From Hydrolagus colliei (Eukaryota): 64,000 nucleotides of DNA. The stretch is from contig CM068750.1 in the NCBI GenBank assembly GCA_035084275.1, positions 12,834,001-12,898,000 on the forward strand, read 5' to 3'. Positions 12,531 to 26,726 of this stretch are shown one piece after another (positions within the stretch are counted from its first letter, which is position 1; each line of letters begins with the position of its first letter). Below the pieces are notes generated by a model. It was not told where the DNA came from, ran no database searches, and saw nothing but the letters and a program-made list of their open reading frames with translations. Position numbers and translations under genes: made by a program.

Positions 12531-13819
12531 GTAGCCAGTATTCAAGAAAATATCCATAGGTCAGTGAGAATCTCGACTGATTGCATAGCATGATCAGGCA
12601 AATGTACTGATATGGAAACACCACATCCATTCATTTTGTAGTAAACAATTCTGAAAACATGCTTTCTCTTTGTCTCTTCAGTCTTTTCTATTTGTGTAGT
12701 ATTTGTTGCATGGGTTCACATATTTGTAGACTAATACAGTGTTCAGTACCAATCGTTTAAACAAGATGATAGAATAAAAGCAGTAGCAAAATACTGAAGT
12801 GACTTGTTAGTTGAGAGCTGTACATTTTTAGTGTTCTGTTACAAAGTGAAACAGTTTAAAGCAAATTCATGTGTATAAATTGTAGCGCTGTCCATTTTTG
12901 AAAAAGTGTCCTCAGTCTCTTGAAGTGATGTCTGTATCGGACATACAAGCAATTTGATGTTAGGATTTATTACAGTATGTGGGCCTAAACATTCTAGATA
13001 TCTGCAGTATTCAGTTTGGCCAACTAAGGATGAGTCAAAAAAGCAAGTCTGTGAATCGAGAAAATGATGCTATTTGCAACAGGATGGCCTTTGACACTTT
13101 CTTAATTGAAGCAGCAGCATGTTGCAAAGCCATCGGTAGAATTATTTTCACTTGTCCAATGAGAAGAATTATATAACAGCCTCCTGTTGTGTTGTTCAAA
13201 GATTGAAAATGGAAGCTGTGCAATCAATAGTAAAACTTGCTGTTGTGTTTGCTGTGGATTGCTTTGTTCCATATAATAGTTTTATATGTAGCACTGTCCT
13301 ATATGGATAGCCGATATGGAAATCCTTGACTTTAATGATAATACAAACAGTATTCAGTGTAATCAACAATACCTGTTGATTACACGCATTTTAGACAGTC
13401 AACATATCCAATTCAAGGGTGACATGTAAATGCCTGCTTTCACTTGGAGTTATTAAAGAGAACTCATCCAATTAAAATCAAAGAGGAAGACACTGCTGAG
13501 TTGATTTTGATTTGGCTGTTTTCCCAATACTAATGTTGTAATTCTGCACGATTATGGTAGCTCTGTGTAGTGCAGCCTTATTATTCCAGCATTTATTCAT
13601 ACACACTTGTTACAATATACTTTTTTTGCCCTCTGGTCCTGGCAGTAGCTTTTTTTCCCCGTCTCTAACTGAGATCAATTTTTGATGACGAAAATCTACA
13701 GTAACAACAACTTCACTTCCTAACCTTTTGCAATGAGCAGACTTGCTGTCGATTATCAATAATTGTTATCAACCATGCTCATCTTTGGTAAGCCCATCCG
13801 TTTACTGGTAATAGTAAAT

Positions 13820-13930
13820 TATTATAATAATCCATGCATTTGATACAGCGCTTTTCACATCTTCTAGACGTCTCAAAGCACTTCACAGAATATACTGTAA
13901 ATAGAATTGACTGTATTTTTGTGGGCGAAA
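13820..13930 (-). mobile_element. 5'-truncated SINE tail
   Basis: ataataatccatgcatttgatacagcgcttttcacatcttctagacgtctcaaagcacttcacagaatatactg; similar tails at about 8188-8330 and 56910-57020. Confidence 0.75.
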
Positions 13931-13987
13931 CCCCCTCTATAGGCGTTCTGCACGCCTAAACAGAATTTTTTTTATTTTGTATTTTGA

Positions 13988-14086
<99 letters not shown>

Positions 14087-14952
14087 TAAATATTGCTTTA
14101 AAGATGCCAACATATTCTAAAAAAGTAGTGCATGAATGTAGAAAATGTCTCCTGCAGGTCTTCAGTGAGTGTTTCCATTCCTGTCTGAATATGAATCCTG
14201 TATTTTATTCTTCACTGAGCATAATGTGGGCAGGGCTGTATTTCCTTGAATTCTATAGAATTATTTAATTGGTTTGAACCCTGAAGTGTGAGCATGGAAA
14301 ACATAATATCCACTGGATATTGTGCAACAACCAGAAGGTTACGATTTGCATAAATCAAAGCAACTGTTTACCCTTTCCTTTATGTAAGAACCTTACATAC
14401 ACCCATTTCTAAAATGGTCATGTCTACACACTGAGTAGTTGGTGAGTCAAGAGCTTGCTGGTTAAGCAAGGGTCTGTTGCACCTGAATGGAAGTCAAGAA
14501 TCACTTTAGATTCATTTTGTAAGGCATCAAGTCACAACACCTTAATTAGACAGTATTGTTTAGATTTATCTTCCAGAGAAGATGCTTGCTTTGGCACATT
14601 TGTCCTTAACACAGGTTGAAAAATCAAATTGTAAAGAGTCTATCCCATTTTGTTTGGCACTAATGTGGCATTATCTTGATGTATGTGGAGAATAAATGAA
14701 TGAGGAAGAAAGTTGGATTAACTACCCTCATTCTTTTATTACACTTAATCTTTCACATCCCTAACCCTGTCTCCCTGCCCCACTGTTTCTCAACCTCTGA
14801 TTTGAAATGTAGACATTTTAATGGACTATGCTTGCAGAGCAGCAAATCAGAAATTGTTGTGAAAGGCAACACAGAAATCTAATATTTTATTTTTTAACTA
14901 AATATGTGGTTTAACATCTTAGTCTGTAATGTTGTTGCTTGCATCCGATTAA

Positions 14953-15144
<192 letters not shown>

Positions 15145-15165
15145 TAATTGTGTTCACAAAAATAA

Positions 15166-15526
<361 letters not shown>

Positions 15527-17479
15527 GAACACCTTAGCGTGTTCTGTTAGGGTAAAGATGATCATCAACTGAATTTGTTGGTTTAATCGAGACTGCCACT
15601 TTGCCAGAAACTGTGAATACAATTCCAGATTAATACAATTTTCTGCAGATAAATGTTACTAGTATGCTTGATACAATGTGCATATATAATCTGATGGAAA
15701 AACATCAGAACTGTAACTATGTGGCTCTGTATGCTCTTTAGGTGGTAGCTAATTGCATGTTTAACCACATGTTAAGAATGCAGCATGACTTGCATTAAGA
15801 CCCTCAGGAATACAACATTTTAATAACAATCGAGAAGGAGAAAAGACTGCCATTATAACTACATAATCTTATTGTTTCACTGCCTATAAGTTTACTTTAG
15901 CTCAGTTTTATTTATTTGCTGAATAGAAAAAGTGCAACATTATTGAGGGCGAACTATCACAATACTTGCAAAACTGACAATATCATAATGTAATGATGAA
16001 TCGTTTGCCATATGGTATAATTAGCAGTTTAAAATATCTGAATCAAACTAGGTGACACTGTACCAAGCCTATTTTGTTTTTCCTATGCATGACAAAGGAT
16101 ATTTTTTTCTTTAACCAAATGCACCATTCTTCAAGAAAAACCTGAAGGAAGTATGATGCGGATGGGAGCCAGGTCTTTCTTCATTAAATGAATGTGGAAA
16201 TAATTGCGTGTCAGTTTTGTGAAATCACAGTTAGCAATACAAAATACAATCCTCAAGGTTCCTCTCCATGTAGCTGGCATTTGATTTACTTTTGTGCATC
16301 ATTTTGTAGCACATACACTGAGCGACTCCATCCACTGAGGCATTAAAACATCTGACTGTCAATGACTTGATTAATCTTTTTGTCATTTTGGCAGTATTTG
16401 GAAAAAATCAGGTTAAGCTGGCTGTTTCTTGGTAATACCTTCATTACTGCAATTTACTGTTATATAGGAATTGAGCAGTAATCGGATGGATTGCCTAATC
16501 TTACGAGCAGCCTTAATGTACATTTACGGTAATTTAATATATTGGAAGAGCTAGTACAGGCTATAAATGTGCTGTGGGAACATTGTATGTGCATTCTACT
16601 GTGACAGATGACCATCTGTATTGGTATTTGTCTGCAAAATCTATTAGATTCTACAATAATGACTTAAAGCCTTGCTGGAACTTGGATTTTAAAACTGGTG
16701 TGGTCTGGCAAATAAACAATAGAGCATTATTAGGCTGTCACCTCTTTTATCTACACATACATCTTTGGAGGCAATAATCTATTCACCAACACTTTAACGA
16801 GCAGGAGTTAGTGTTTTATTTGGGTATAGTTATTTTACCTCAACAACAAGACGATTAATTCATCTAATTGGATTAAATGAGCCTAAAAATGGGTGGAATT
16901 TTTTTTGCCTATAGCAAAGAACCCAATCTATAGCCAAAGGATGAAAACACTGTAAGCATTGAGTAAAAAAGAAAATTGGAATCTTACATATCATTTGAGA
17001 TTTGAATCCAATATTTCAAGGAGGTGAACATTTTTTCAATGAAAGGGAATGTGAACTAAAAATTTTTTTATTTCTACAAAATCTTTCTTCTTTCAAATAT
17101 GAAAGTTGTGTCCAGTTTTTGAGAGAATTTTTAACAAAAATAAAGCGATGGAAATAAGCGTAAATGCACCAATTTTCATAAACATGTGGCATTCTTTAAA
17201 TTACAGTACTTCAAAATTGATGAAACTCGTGAGGAATGTGAGCACTGTGATGAATTATAAAAATGTCAGCAATTTAAAATGCTGTATTTTGTAAGGTTGA
17301 ATCAATTTATTGACCATTTTTGTAATTATGTCAATTACTATTGATTGTGGCAGCAACTTCAATAAATTGTCCATTTCAAGTGATCTTTTTCCATAAGTGA
17401 AACAGTCCAGTTATACTGCAGGATTGAAGCTCTCTTTCTCTTTTCCCTTTTCTTAAAATGTGTTCTGTTTTTGGGGTAG

Positions 17480-17650
<171 letters not shown>

Positions 17651-17854
17651 TAAATTGTATGTCTGTTATTTCATCTCTGAATAGCTTTAGAATTTTTATT
17701 TTACTGAAGCGACTATATTTGTGTAGTGTGGACTAGATTTCTTTGGAACCTGTTTTGAAACTGTTTCTCCTTTTGTTGCTCTATTTAATTCTATGGAGGG
17801 GAGGGAAGCATTTCAATAAAATTGAACCAAAAATTAACCTTTTTTTTTAAACAG

Positions 17855-17982
17855 GTTCCATTTTTTGGGCCACTCTTCGATGGTGCAATTGTGGATGAAA
17901 AGGTTCTTCCTTGCTTGGTCCAAGCTACAGCAATCAATGCAAGTCGAGCATTAAAATCGCTCATTCCACTGTATCAAAATTT
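17855..17982 (+). CDS. RALGAPA1: RALGAPA1 coding exon, followed by U12-type donor
   Basis: aaacag|...|gtatccttt; [42 protein letters not shown](F), phase 2. Confidence 0.93.
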
Positions 17983-20900
17983 GTATCCTTTGTTACATTA
18001 TTCTTTCACAATATCAGGATAATATAGCTTCCTAACCATACAATGCACAACTGATTTGTTTCTGGTATGTATACATGCATCTCTAGCAGATTTACCATGC
18101 TCAGCAATACAATTATCTTTGTTCTGTTTTATTTGATGGGAGTTGTTTTTGGCCAGAAAATCATTATCAGTGTTCCCCACAGAGGCACATGAACATTCCT
18201 ATTCATGCAGAGCCACTACAAGTGAACCTTCTTGGAATTGGGACCCTGGTTTCTCTCTCCATGTTATCCTAATATATTTCTATAAGAATGGGAAATCATT
18301 ATAATAGGTGTAGGCATGGGTTATTGATGGGTCTTCCCAACAAGCTCAAGAACAGTCTGGCTGGCCCTGAATCATTTCAGCAATTCAGTACATAACAGTG
18401 GAAGTTGTAAAGGAAAATCAACATGTCTGTGATCAATGGAGGGATCTAACCTACAGTATTTCTTTCTCTTTAAATTCCTATCATTGGTTTGTTGATACTT
18501 AACAAATCAGTGGCAATACTGGTCGCCTTCATCTTGAATACTTTCAAGAGACACCTTTTTTTGTAGATAGAAGTGCGAGTTAAACAGTCCACCTTGTAAT
18601 TTGTGACTAACCTGTGTAGTTTAATCTAAAAAAAATTGTGCACCACATAGACATCTCCTGGGCATCATCCCGTTTGCTTTGTGTGCTAACTTCAAAGATA
18701 TTCCTGACCTTAAAACAATTGAGTTTAACACCTCTTACAAGTCTTTTAGAAAGACCTTCATCTAATCGTTTGTGTGTAATTTAAGTTTTGGTCGTCACAG
18801 ATGGGTGCTGGCATGCTGCATTGATCAGAGTTGATGCCATTACAAATGTCTCTTGTGCCAGACTGCAGCACAGATTGTGCCTTACTTTCATTGAAAAGCA
18901 TTGCAGCCGCATCGGATACAACAAGCATTTTAACGGAATCAATGAATATTGACGCCTTTTCCATCCTTCATATTTCTAATGCAATGCAACATCAAATGTG
19001 TTTTCCACAAAAGCATTGATTTTGACTGTCTAAATAATCCTCCATAGTTCTGTATTAATTTTAAAAATCCCAACTTTCTTTCTTCTATCCGCTGTTTAGC
19101 GTTTTATTTGCTCCTATAACTTAAAAAAATTAGACTTGGATTCCATTGATGCACAGTCCACAATTATGCCTGAAGCTGGATTCAGTTAAACTTGACTTTA
19201 AGCTTAGCTCTGAGCCATTTTCATCCATCTGTGTATCTGATATTGTTCAACAAATGAGGCACATATTGATTGGCATGTGTTGCGTGGATCAGTCTTCCTG
19301 ACAGCTAGAATTACAGTAATTTGTTACTATTGATGTTTGTCTAGCTCTGATATTTTTACAGCTTCTCATACGTCTCAAGTCAGTGATAATTTGAAGACCA
19401 TTTAAATGTTTTGATTGCTTTGTCTTAGAGAAAATACTTTTAATGCAGCACATTCTCCCTTGTGTACAATTTAATGGCTTGATCATGCAATTACAGTTGT
19501 AATGCATCGCTGGGGATCGGGAGAAAGTAGTACCTGCTGTAGAAATTGGGCCTTTGGGACGAAAATTGGATAAACTTTGCCATCTTATTTTACTTACTGA
19601 TGTATTTGAAAGAAATTAGATTTATCTTAATGCAGATCATAAAATCAAGAGCCATTGATATGAATCACTCGGGGAGTTCTGTGAATTACAGGAACAGCTG
19701 GCAGTAAGTTTGTATTCTCGTGGTAGAATATTCATAATAACAGTTGGCCGATTTTTGCACTTGCAAAAGATGACATTTGGATAAACAGTGTTTTTTAATG
19801 CCTAGCTTTTAAAGCTCAAATATCACTGTATTGCTTTCGTGGAAGCCTTTAACTTTTTGCTAGAATATCTAATAATAATATAACAGCCTGGATGATATAA
19901 CTTGATGAATTAACTAACCTATTTCAGTTTTCATTTTTAGTTGTGTTAATCCAGAGTGTGAAAATTATCTGTAAATGTGGAACTCTACATTTTTTACAAT
20001 AGTTAAACTCAGCACCATAGCTTTACAATAAATTATAGTTGGCAGTGATGAAAGAGGGGAAAGTCAGCCTCTTGATTTCTGACCTTTTAGTTTGAACTGG
20101 AATAGCTAGTTCATAACTACTAATACAGATTTTGTACAATGTGAGATCTGACTGAACAATTTACTGTTTTGTTCAATACAATACTAATGCTTTATGTTAC
20201 TCGGACTTTCAATAATCTGCTTCCTTTGCAACCAGCAAGATCTATGCTGTTATTTTCCCCCAATCGTTTACAGATTGTGAAGGAGAGCTTGTACCACATG
20301 TCTCTGTCCTTTCCTTTGATTTTTCAATCACTTGTTTTTAATATGTAGGCTATTAAAATTTAATAACCTTTGGTTGCCAAGCCACATTTGTTGCCATCCA
20401 TCTGTTCATGCTGATTGTGAAAAGGCAACATTGTTGAGTACATCCCCAGACTAGAAGCACAGTGCACAGAGGGTATGTGAAGTGGGATTTTCACAGGGAA
20501 GCCACAGCTCCTGATTTCTTGTGATAAAGTGTCAATGGTAGAAGGTTTGGCATATGGTTTAGCGTGATAGGGAGCTTGGGTCAGTGCCTTACTCAGCTTT
20601 AACTCATTTCTATTCAGACTATGAAACCTGGCTGCTTTGCATTGTTTTGCTGAACTCTAATCAAGTGGCATGGATGGTCCACTTAACTCTGTGTGGGAAT
20701 ACAGTCCAGTAAGTATTCACAATAGCAACATTGAGGCATCACAACCCACACAGCAGCTTGGTGGGACCTCATGTGACTAACTTTCTTAATTATAGGTTCA
20801 CAATGATCAATCTAAGGAGCACAATCTAATGACTATTATTGTAAATTTATTCAAGTTTCCCCTAAATGTAATTTTAATGAGGGAATAGAAAACAGTAATT

Positions 20901-23900
20901 AGAGCCATGCTGTCTCTTTTCATTTCAGTGTTGACTTTTTCAAATATCCTTCTTATGGCACTTGGAGTATTTTAATTTATTTGCGTTTTGGGTTATTAAA
21001 TATATATTTTTAAATTATTTGATATGTGTTTTGCAACATCTTTCATGTTTCAAGTATATTTTTATGTAATTCATATTTTAGTCCCATCAATTTTCTGATT
21101 TTTTGGAAGCTTTAAATAGATCTTTGAATGCTGAACTTTTCTTTTACATTTTTTTTAATCTTCCCAAGTTCAGGTTAAGTAGCTTCTTTATTTAATGATC
21201 ACCGTCTCCTTTTTTGCCTTAAAGTCTTAATTTTCCAACAATTTGAAGAAGGTATAACATTAAAAGAAAACAGACTTCACATTTACCTTTTAGTTTCTTC
21301 ACACATAACTTGATATGATTGTACACATGAAGCAAATTTGTAGTAAATTACTCAGGAAAGACAAGGTAGGAGTGTGAGACAGAACTTCACTGCTGTGATT
21401 AGGGTGGGTGTTGGCTCTTCTGAGTTCGATGTTGAAAGCGAATATTACATTGGGGGAAGTGAAGTATTTCTTCTATTTTTCCACTTTCCGATAAACTGAA
21501 TTAACAGAAGCAAAACATAATTTCTATACCTTTTCAGCAGCCTGTAATCATTGCCAAGCTGGTTCAGGGAATAGTGAACAGCATATGTTCTATCCTATGC
21601 TCCAAAGTATTTTAAAATTCCACATCAATGCAATGCAGTTGGAAGATAGAGAAAACTTTCTTTTTTTTTTACTTTGGGTGTAGGGTAAAGAGAGGAGGTG
21701 GAATAAGACTGAACATTTTTCTGTAACCCTACAGATGATTAATTGTTGATGAGAAAAACAAACTAGTTAATCAAACTGATGAAATGCACCACAGGAGTCA
21801 CCGCTAAAAGTACAGACTGCAACTGATTGAAGGGGGGGGAGGTAAATGCTGCCTAATGCATTATTTGTGTGTGTTTCAGTTTTACACTTAACATATTTAA
21901 GTCATGACAAATAGCAGGAACATGATGGTTGAAATCCAGTTATTGGCTTTGTACTTTGCCTTGGGGAGACTGACTGTGTATATGGCAATGTGCTACGACT
22001 AAAATGATGTGACATTGTTTTTAATGACAGTGTGCTGCAGCTTGTTATGTCTCATTATAGTAATGATATAATTTGTATGGCCATTGTAGCTTCAAATTTA
22101 AACAGGGAATGGGGAAAACTAATTTGATGGGAGGTTGACCTTTGTAAACTGGAGGAGGCACCTGCCATTAAAGGCAAAATCAGAATACTTTGTAGTTGGA
22201 TATTCAAATATTTTAAACATATCCTAATCCTGAATTGATCATTTGCAAGCAACTCCAGGTTAGAGAAATTAAAATCAAGAGTTTTCTGAAAATAATTGCA
22301 GCATGATGCATAACCATGATATTATCCTGGATTATATGATGCAGTGACTTTGAAATTTAAGCCAAATTAAGGATCTGTTACTAATGGATTGCAAAGAAAG
22401 CACTTATTATAATGTGAATTTTTCCTGTTTAATACTTAACTTAGGGTATATCATGTTCAGATGACAACAACAAAATTACATTTGTATAGCGTCTTTCACG
22501 TCGGGAGGATGTTCCAAGGCGCTGGACAGACAATGTTTTAGCTGATAATATGTGGCTTCACAGTGGTTTATCTAGCACTCTGTAAATTGTTAGATCTCTG
22601 GAGTTATTAAATTTTCCTTGCAACATTGCAAAATTTTAGCTACATTGTTGCAAAGTGACTAAATTTTTCAAATTCCATACTGGCAAGCAGCTTTAAAGAA
22701 TGTGATTTGAAGAATTCTAACATGTTACATCGCAAAGTGGAAGAAAATGTTGTAAATAAAAAGATTGCTCGTGCACATTAGTTTTAAATGTGGCTTTAAG
22801 ATTAGGAATGAAGTGGTGGTGCCAGCAGCCTGTGTTTATATTTTATCTGGTGCTTGGAAAAACATCTTTTGAGTAATTAGTGTCCCAGAACAGTTTTGCT
22901 TTGCATTTTTCATATGTTGCTGTTAAATAATGTATTAGTGTGATTATTGTGTTAAGTCTGTTTTCTAATTAGTAAAAATAAACAGTGTAGTTAAATTACC
23001 AGAAGGGAGAGTACTAGATGCTGAAGCAGTGTTTGTACTGAGGGAGGTTGTGGAGAGGAAAAGAGAAGCACAGAAGAATGACTGGCGAATGCCTCTTTTT
23101 TTTCTTAATTTGATATGGGGTTGCAAATCATAAGTAATGTTTCGGTGGGACAGAGCGTTATGCAGTGTTGAACTGTGATAGGTAGCGCGTGATGCAATTT
23201 ACTAAGATAAATTTCTCATTGAGTAATTGGTAGATTTGGAAGAGGTCATGCAAGGTCCACATCTGAGCTGACTCCATGCAGTATTAACAGCCTACGGTTG
23301 CCGTGCTTGAGCACCTGTCATGGATTTCTAGTCAGCCTGCAGCCAGAGGACCCAAATAAAGAAGTGCCAGGTGTCCTGCTAGGCTCTTAATTGAGCCACA
23401 TTGTACACATTACACAAATTGCATCATAGTTAAAGGCTCGGATTAGCACAGCTTTCATTGCCTTTCATGCTGTAAAATAATGTAAGCCCAAGATTTGCTT
23501 GCTAACATTACTTGTTTTACTGAAGTAAAACTTCAGAAACAGCAATAAGTTGCAAACAATTAATGCATCTGATCTATTCAGATGCACAAATGTGTTACAA
23601 AGTGAAGCCTTGAGCTATTTTACTGGTAATGAAAAAACATACTTCTTAGTCAGTGTGAAGTAGAGTGCCCTAGTCTTGCAGAATGTAAGTGTAATCTGGT
23701 TTGTGTACCAACAGTGATCAGTCAGAAACATGCAATTAAGTATTTGTTATATTTGAGGCTTTTCCTCACTTGCCATAATATGCTTACTTTATATTGTCTA
23801 TCTTACCTGTATGTGTTTAACTAAGCTTAACATGATCAATGTTGCCAGGGTTTTGATACAGGATTAAATAAATTTATTGAAGGATTTAGAGATGATGGGG

Positions 23901-26601
23901 TTAGGGTGGCTATTGGCAGAATTTAGATATAGAAATGCAGTTGCTATTTTTATAAGGTTGAAAGGTTTAAATGTTCATTAACTTATATCAGGGAGGCAAA
24001 CATCAAAGATTTCTGACCTTCCTGGTTTCAATCCATTAAAAATTATTCCTTTTAAAGATCGATAACATCTGGCCTTAACACGCCTTGTTTAGAATGAATG
24101 CGTCACTAGATAGTCCCTGTTTTGCCTCTTGGTAGGCAAGATAGTCTATTGCCATTATAATTTTTTTTCTAGATTGAAGTAAATTGTATTCTAATTGCAT
24201 TTACCATTTGAATGCAGCAGCTGTCTGCATTTCTTTTTCCATTTCATTGATAACTTATTACCAGATGACGATTTGCAGCAAGGATATGCAATTTAAACCC
24301 ATGTCGTGACTCAGAATCTAATCCTTGTCACTTGTGTAGGGATAGGGATGGTTACATGAATGAATTTCCACCTGGTTCAAGAAATTGTGCACCTCCATTT
24401 CAAATAGGTTTTCAGAACTGCTTGTTTTCTTAACGGGTATTTCTCCTGTGGCCATCCTGATCTTTTCTTCCTAGCAGCATCTCCTGTGTGAAAAGAGTGA
24501 TCAATTGGAAGCTATCTATAACTGCTTGTAGAGAGAGAAAAATTAACACACCATTGGGAATTTTGAGGGCTCCTAAGTTTCAGCTCATCAAATGTGCTAA
24601 CAAGCTAATTTTATACCTTCAATACTTCAATCCTATTTTTTTTCCATGAGACACGTCATCTCACAGAATGAAAAGCACAGCAGGTGGTTGCTGCAATACT
24701 GCATTTTTCATTCTTCGTGGAAAAATAAAAAATTAGTTTCTAGTAATATTGAAGCCTTGTGTTTTCTATCCAGGAGCCGCTGATGTGAATGGAAAGGCAC
24801 CATTAGCAATAGTAATTCTGCAGCTGTGAAGCTACTGAGAGAGGAAAAAATCTTTTTTTAACCAAAGCTGTAAAAATGCAGGTCCAGACATGTATTTGCA
24901 GACTCGCGGTTCAGTTTGCTTCTTCCATATCTTCCATCGTTATACTGCTGCTTTCAAAACAATATGCCCCAAAACATTATCAAACCATTATGTTTATAAA
25001 GATTGTAAATAGAATATAAAGGATAGATATTGATGTGGAGTCCTATTATTGCACTATCCAATTTGCTACACAAGCTACATAAATAAATGTGGTAGAAATC
25101 ATAAATAGAATGAAAAGCAGTCAGAAAATACGAGGATGGAGTTGTATAAGGATAAAAGTGAAGAGTAGAAGATTATGGAAATGTCAAAATTAGGAATTAA
25201 AAGATTAACACAAACGGTCCATCTATTCATATCCCAATATATGTGTTGAAAGGAAATGACAATGACTGAGTAATCCACCTATCAACAAATTGTGGAAGGT
25301 TTTGAAATGTTTGTACATAATTCTGCACAGCAAATGTGGAGCACTGATGATATTTGTCCTGAATGTGTAATTCTTTCAGTACTGCAGTGAGCCAAATAAA
25401 ATGAGTTCCTGGTTCCTATCTGAGTTGGACCAACGATGCATTGGAGAATAGTTGCAAAAGTGTTCTGTTATGAATTGTGCAATAAAATCTGAATGATGAT
25501 ATGCACATGCATAAACAGTGAATCTTTTTGATAAGTTGAGGTAAACATGGATAGTATAACTGCTGTCTTGGTAGTCCTACATCTTAGCCAGACCAGTTTG
25601 CTGTACTCCAGGGCATTGTTGATGATTCAACAGCCAGTTTGGCAGGACTTGGTGGAGCAGACCAATCACTGGGGACTAGGATTCTTCTCACTCCTGGTTG
25701 TCATGCAAGCCAAAGCCCTGAAGGGTGGGTCTTAGCAGATCAGAATGAATACAAATGCTCTACGTTAATAGAACATTCTTTGATACATAGTTACGTGAAA
25801 CGATGAAGGAACAGAAACTCATCTCAGAAACCTATAAACCAAAGTAAGGTTATGTGATGAACAAAGAAAGCTCATCAAAGCTGCTCTCAGAAACTCTAAA
25901 CACTGGATGTTTTCAAATTGTCTGTAGCTGGTGACACCATAAAAGGTGAAACTTTATTGACTGGCGGCAAAGTCCAGGAGAGCAAGGAATATATCTATTT
26001 ATTTATATAGATATATATAACTGTACATCTATCAATTAAAATTTAAAAAATTATTTCATCAGCGCTGATGCCCTCAGCAGTTAGCCCAATGTAATTACAG
26101 GATTGCTATACTTTATGCTTCATGGCTAATACTTTAAGCTCATCAGAAACCATTATTTATCATGAAAAAAACCCGCAAAATATTACAGAAATCTGACATT
26201 ATTAATCATAATGTTGTTTGCTTACTCTTTTCAAAACCTAAATGTCAACTAGTACAAATTATGTAAATGAATGTCAAGCATATTTCTACCAAAGGCTGAA
26301 TTTTTTGCTGAAAATGGAAAATGAAATTTATAATACAGTACTATGTTTCAGAGCCAGTACACATACTTCATTATTTTACACAAAGTTTTTTTTTGTGTGG
26401 GTGTTCTCGATGGATAGATATATATTTATATTCTTGACGGCAAACAAGACTATTCAAGGAGAATCGTAGAATTCTCACAGATCTTTTTTGTTGGTCATAA
26501 TTCCAAAAGTTTGTTTTCTGTCTGAATATCATCTTCACTTGGAATTACTGTCTTCTTGTTTGTTCAGAAAATATCGTTACATTACTTAACTCAAATATCA
26601 G
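17983..26601 (+). other. U12-type (minor spliceosome) GT-AG intron, 8.6 kb
   Basis: 5' site GTATCCTTT; branch-like TTACTTAAC at 26582-26590, 11 nt before the end of the acceptor CAG; no polypyrimidine tract; reading frame joins (TT|C = Phe). Confidence 0.9.
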
Positions 26602-26726
26602 CTATGAAGAGAGAGCTCGATACCTGGAAACAATTGTGCAACATCACCAAGAACCAACAACGTTTGAAGATTTTGCTGCTCAGGTCTTTTGTCCAGCCCC
26701 TTGTCACTACTTACCATCTGATTCAG
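26602..26726 (+). CDS. RALGAPA1: RALGAPA1 coding exon
   Basis: tatcag|...|gtatga; [41 protein letters not shown], ends phase 1. Confidence 0.93.

Noticed and set aside
11023-12630. Long Pro/Ser-rich and Gly/Arg-rich ORFs (up to 535 aa) in several frames
   Set aside because: Translation of the stop-free G-rich minisatellite inside the hAT element; no transposase or other domain
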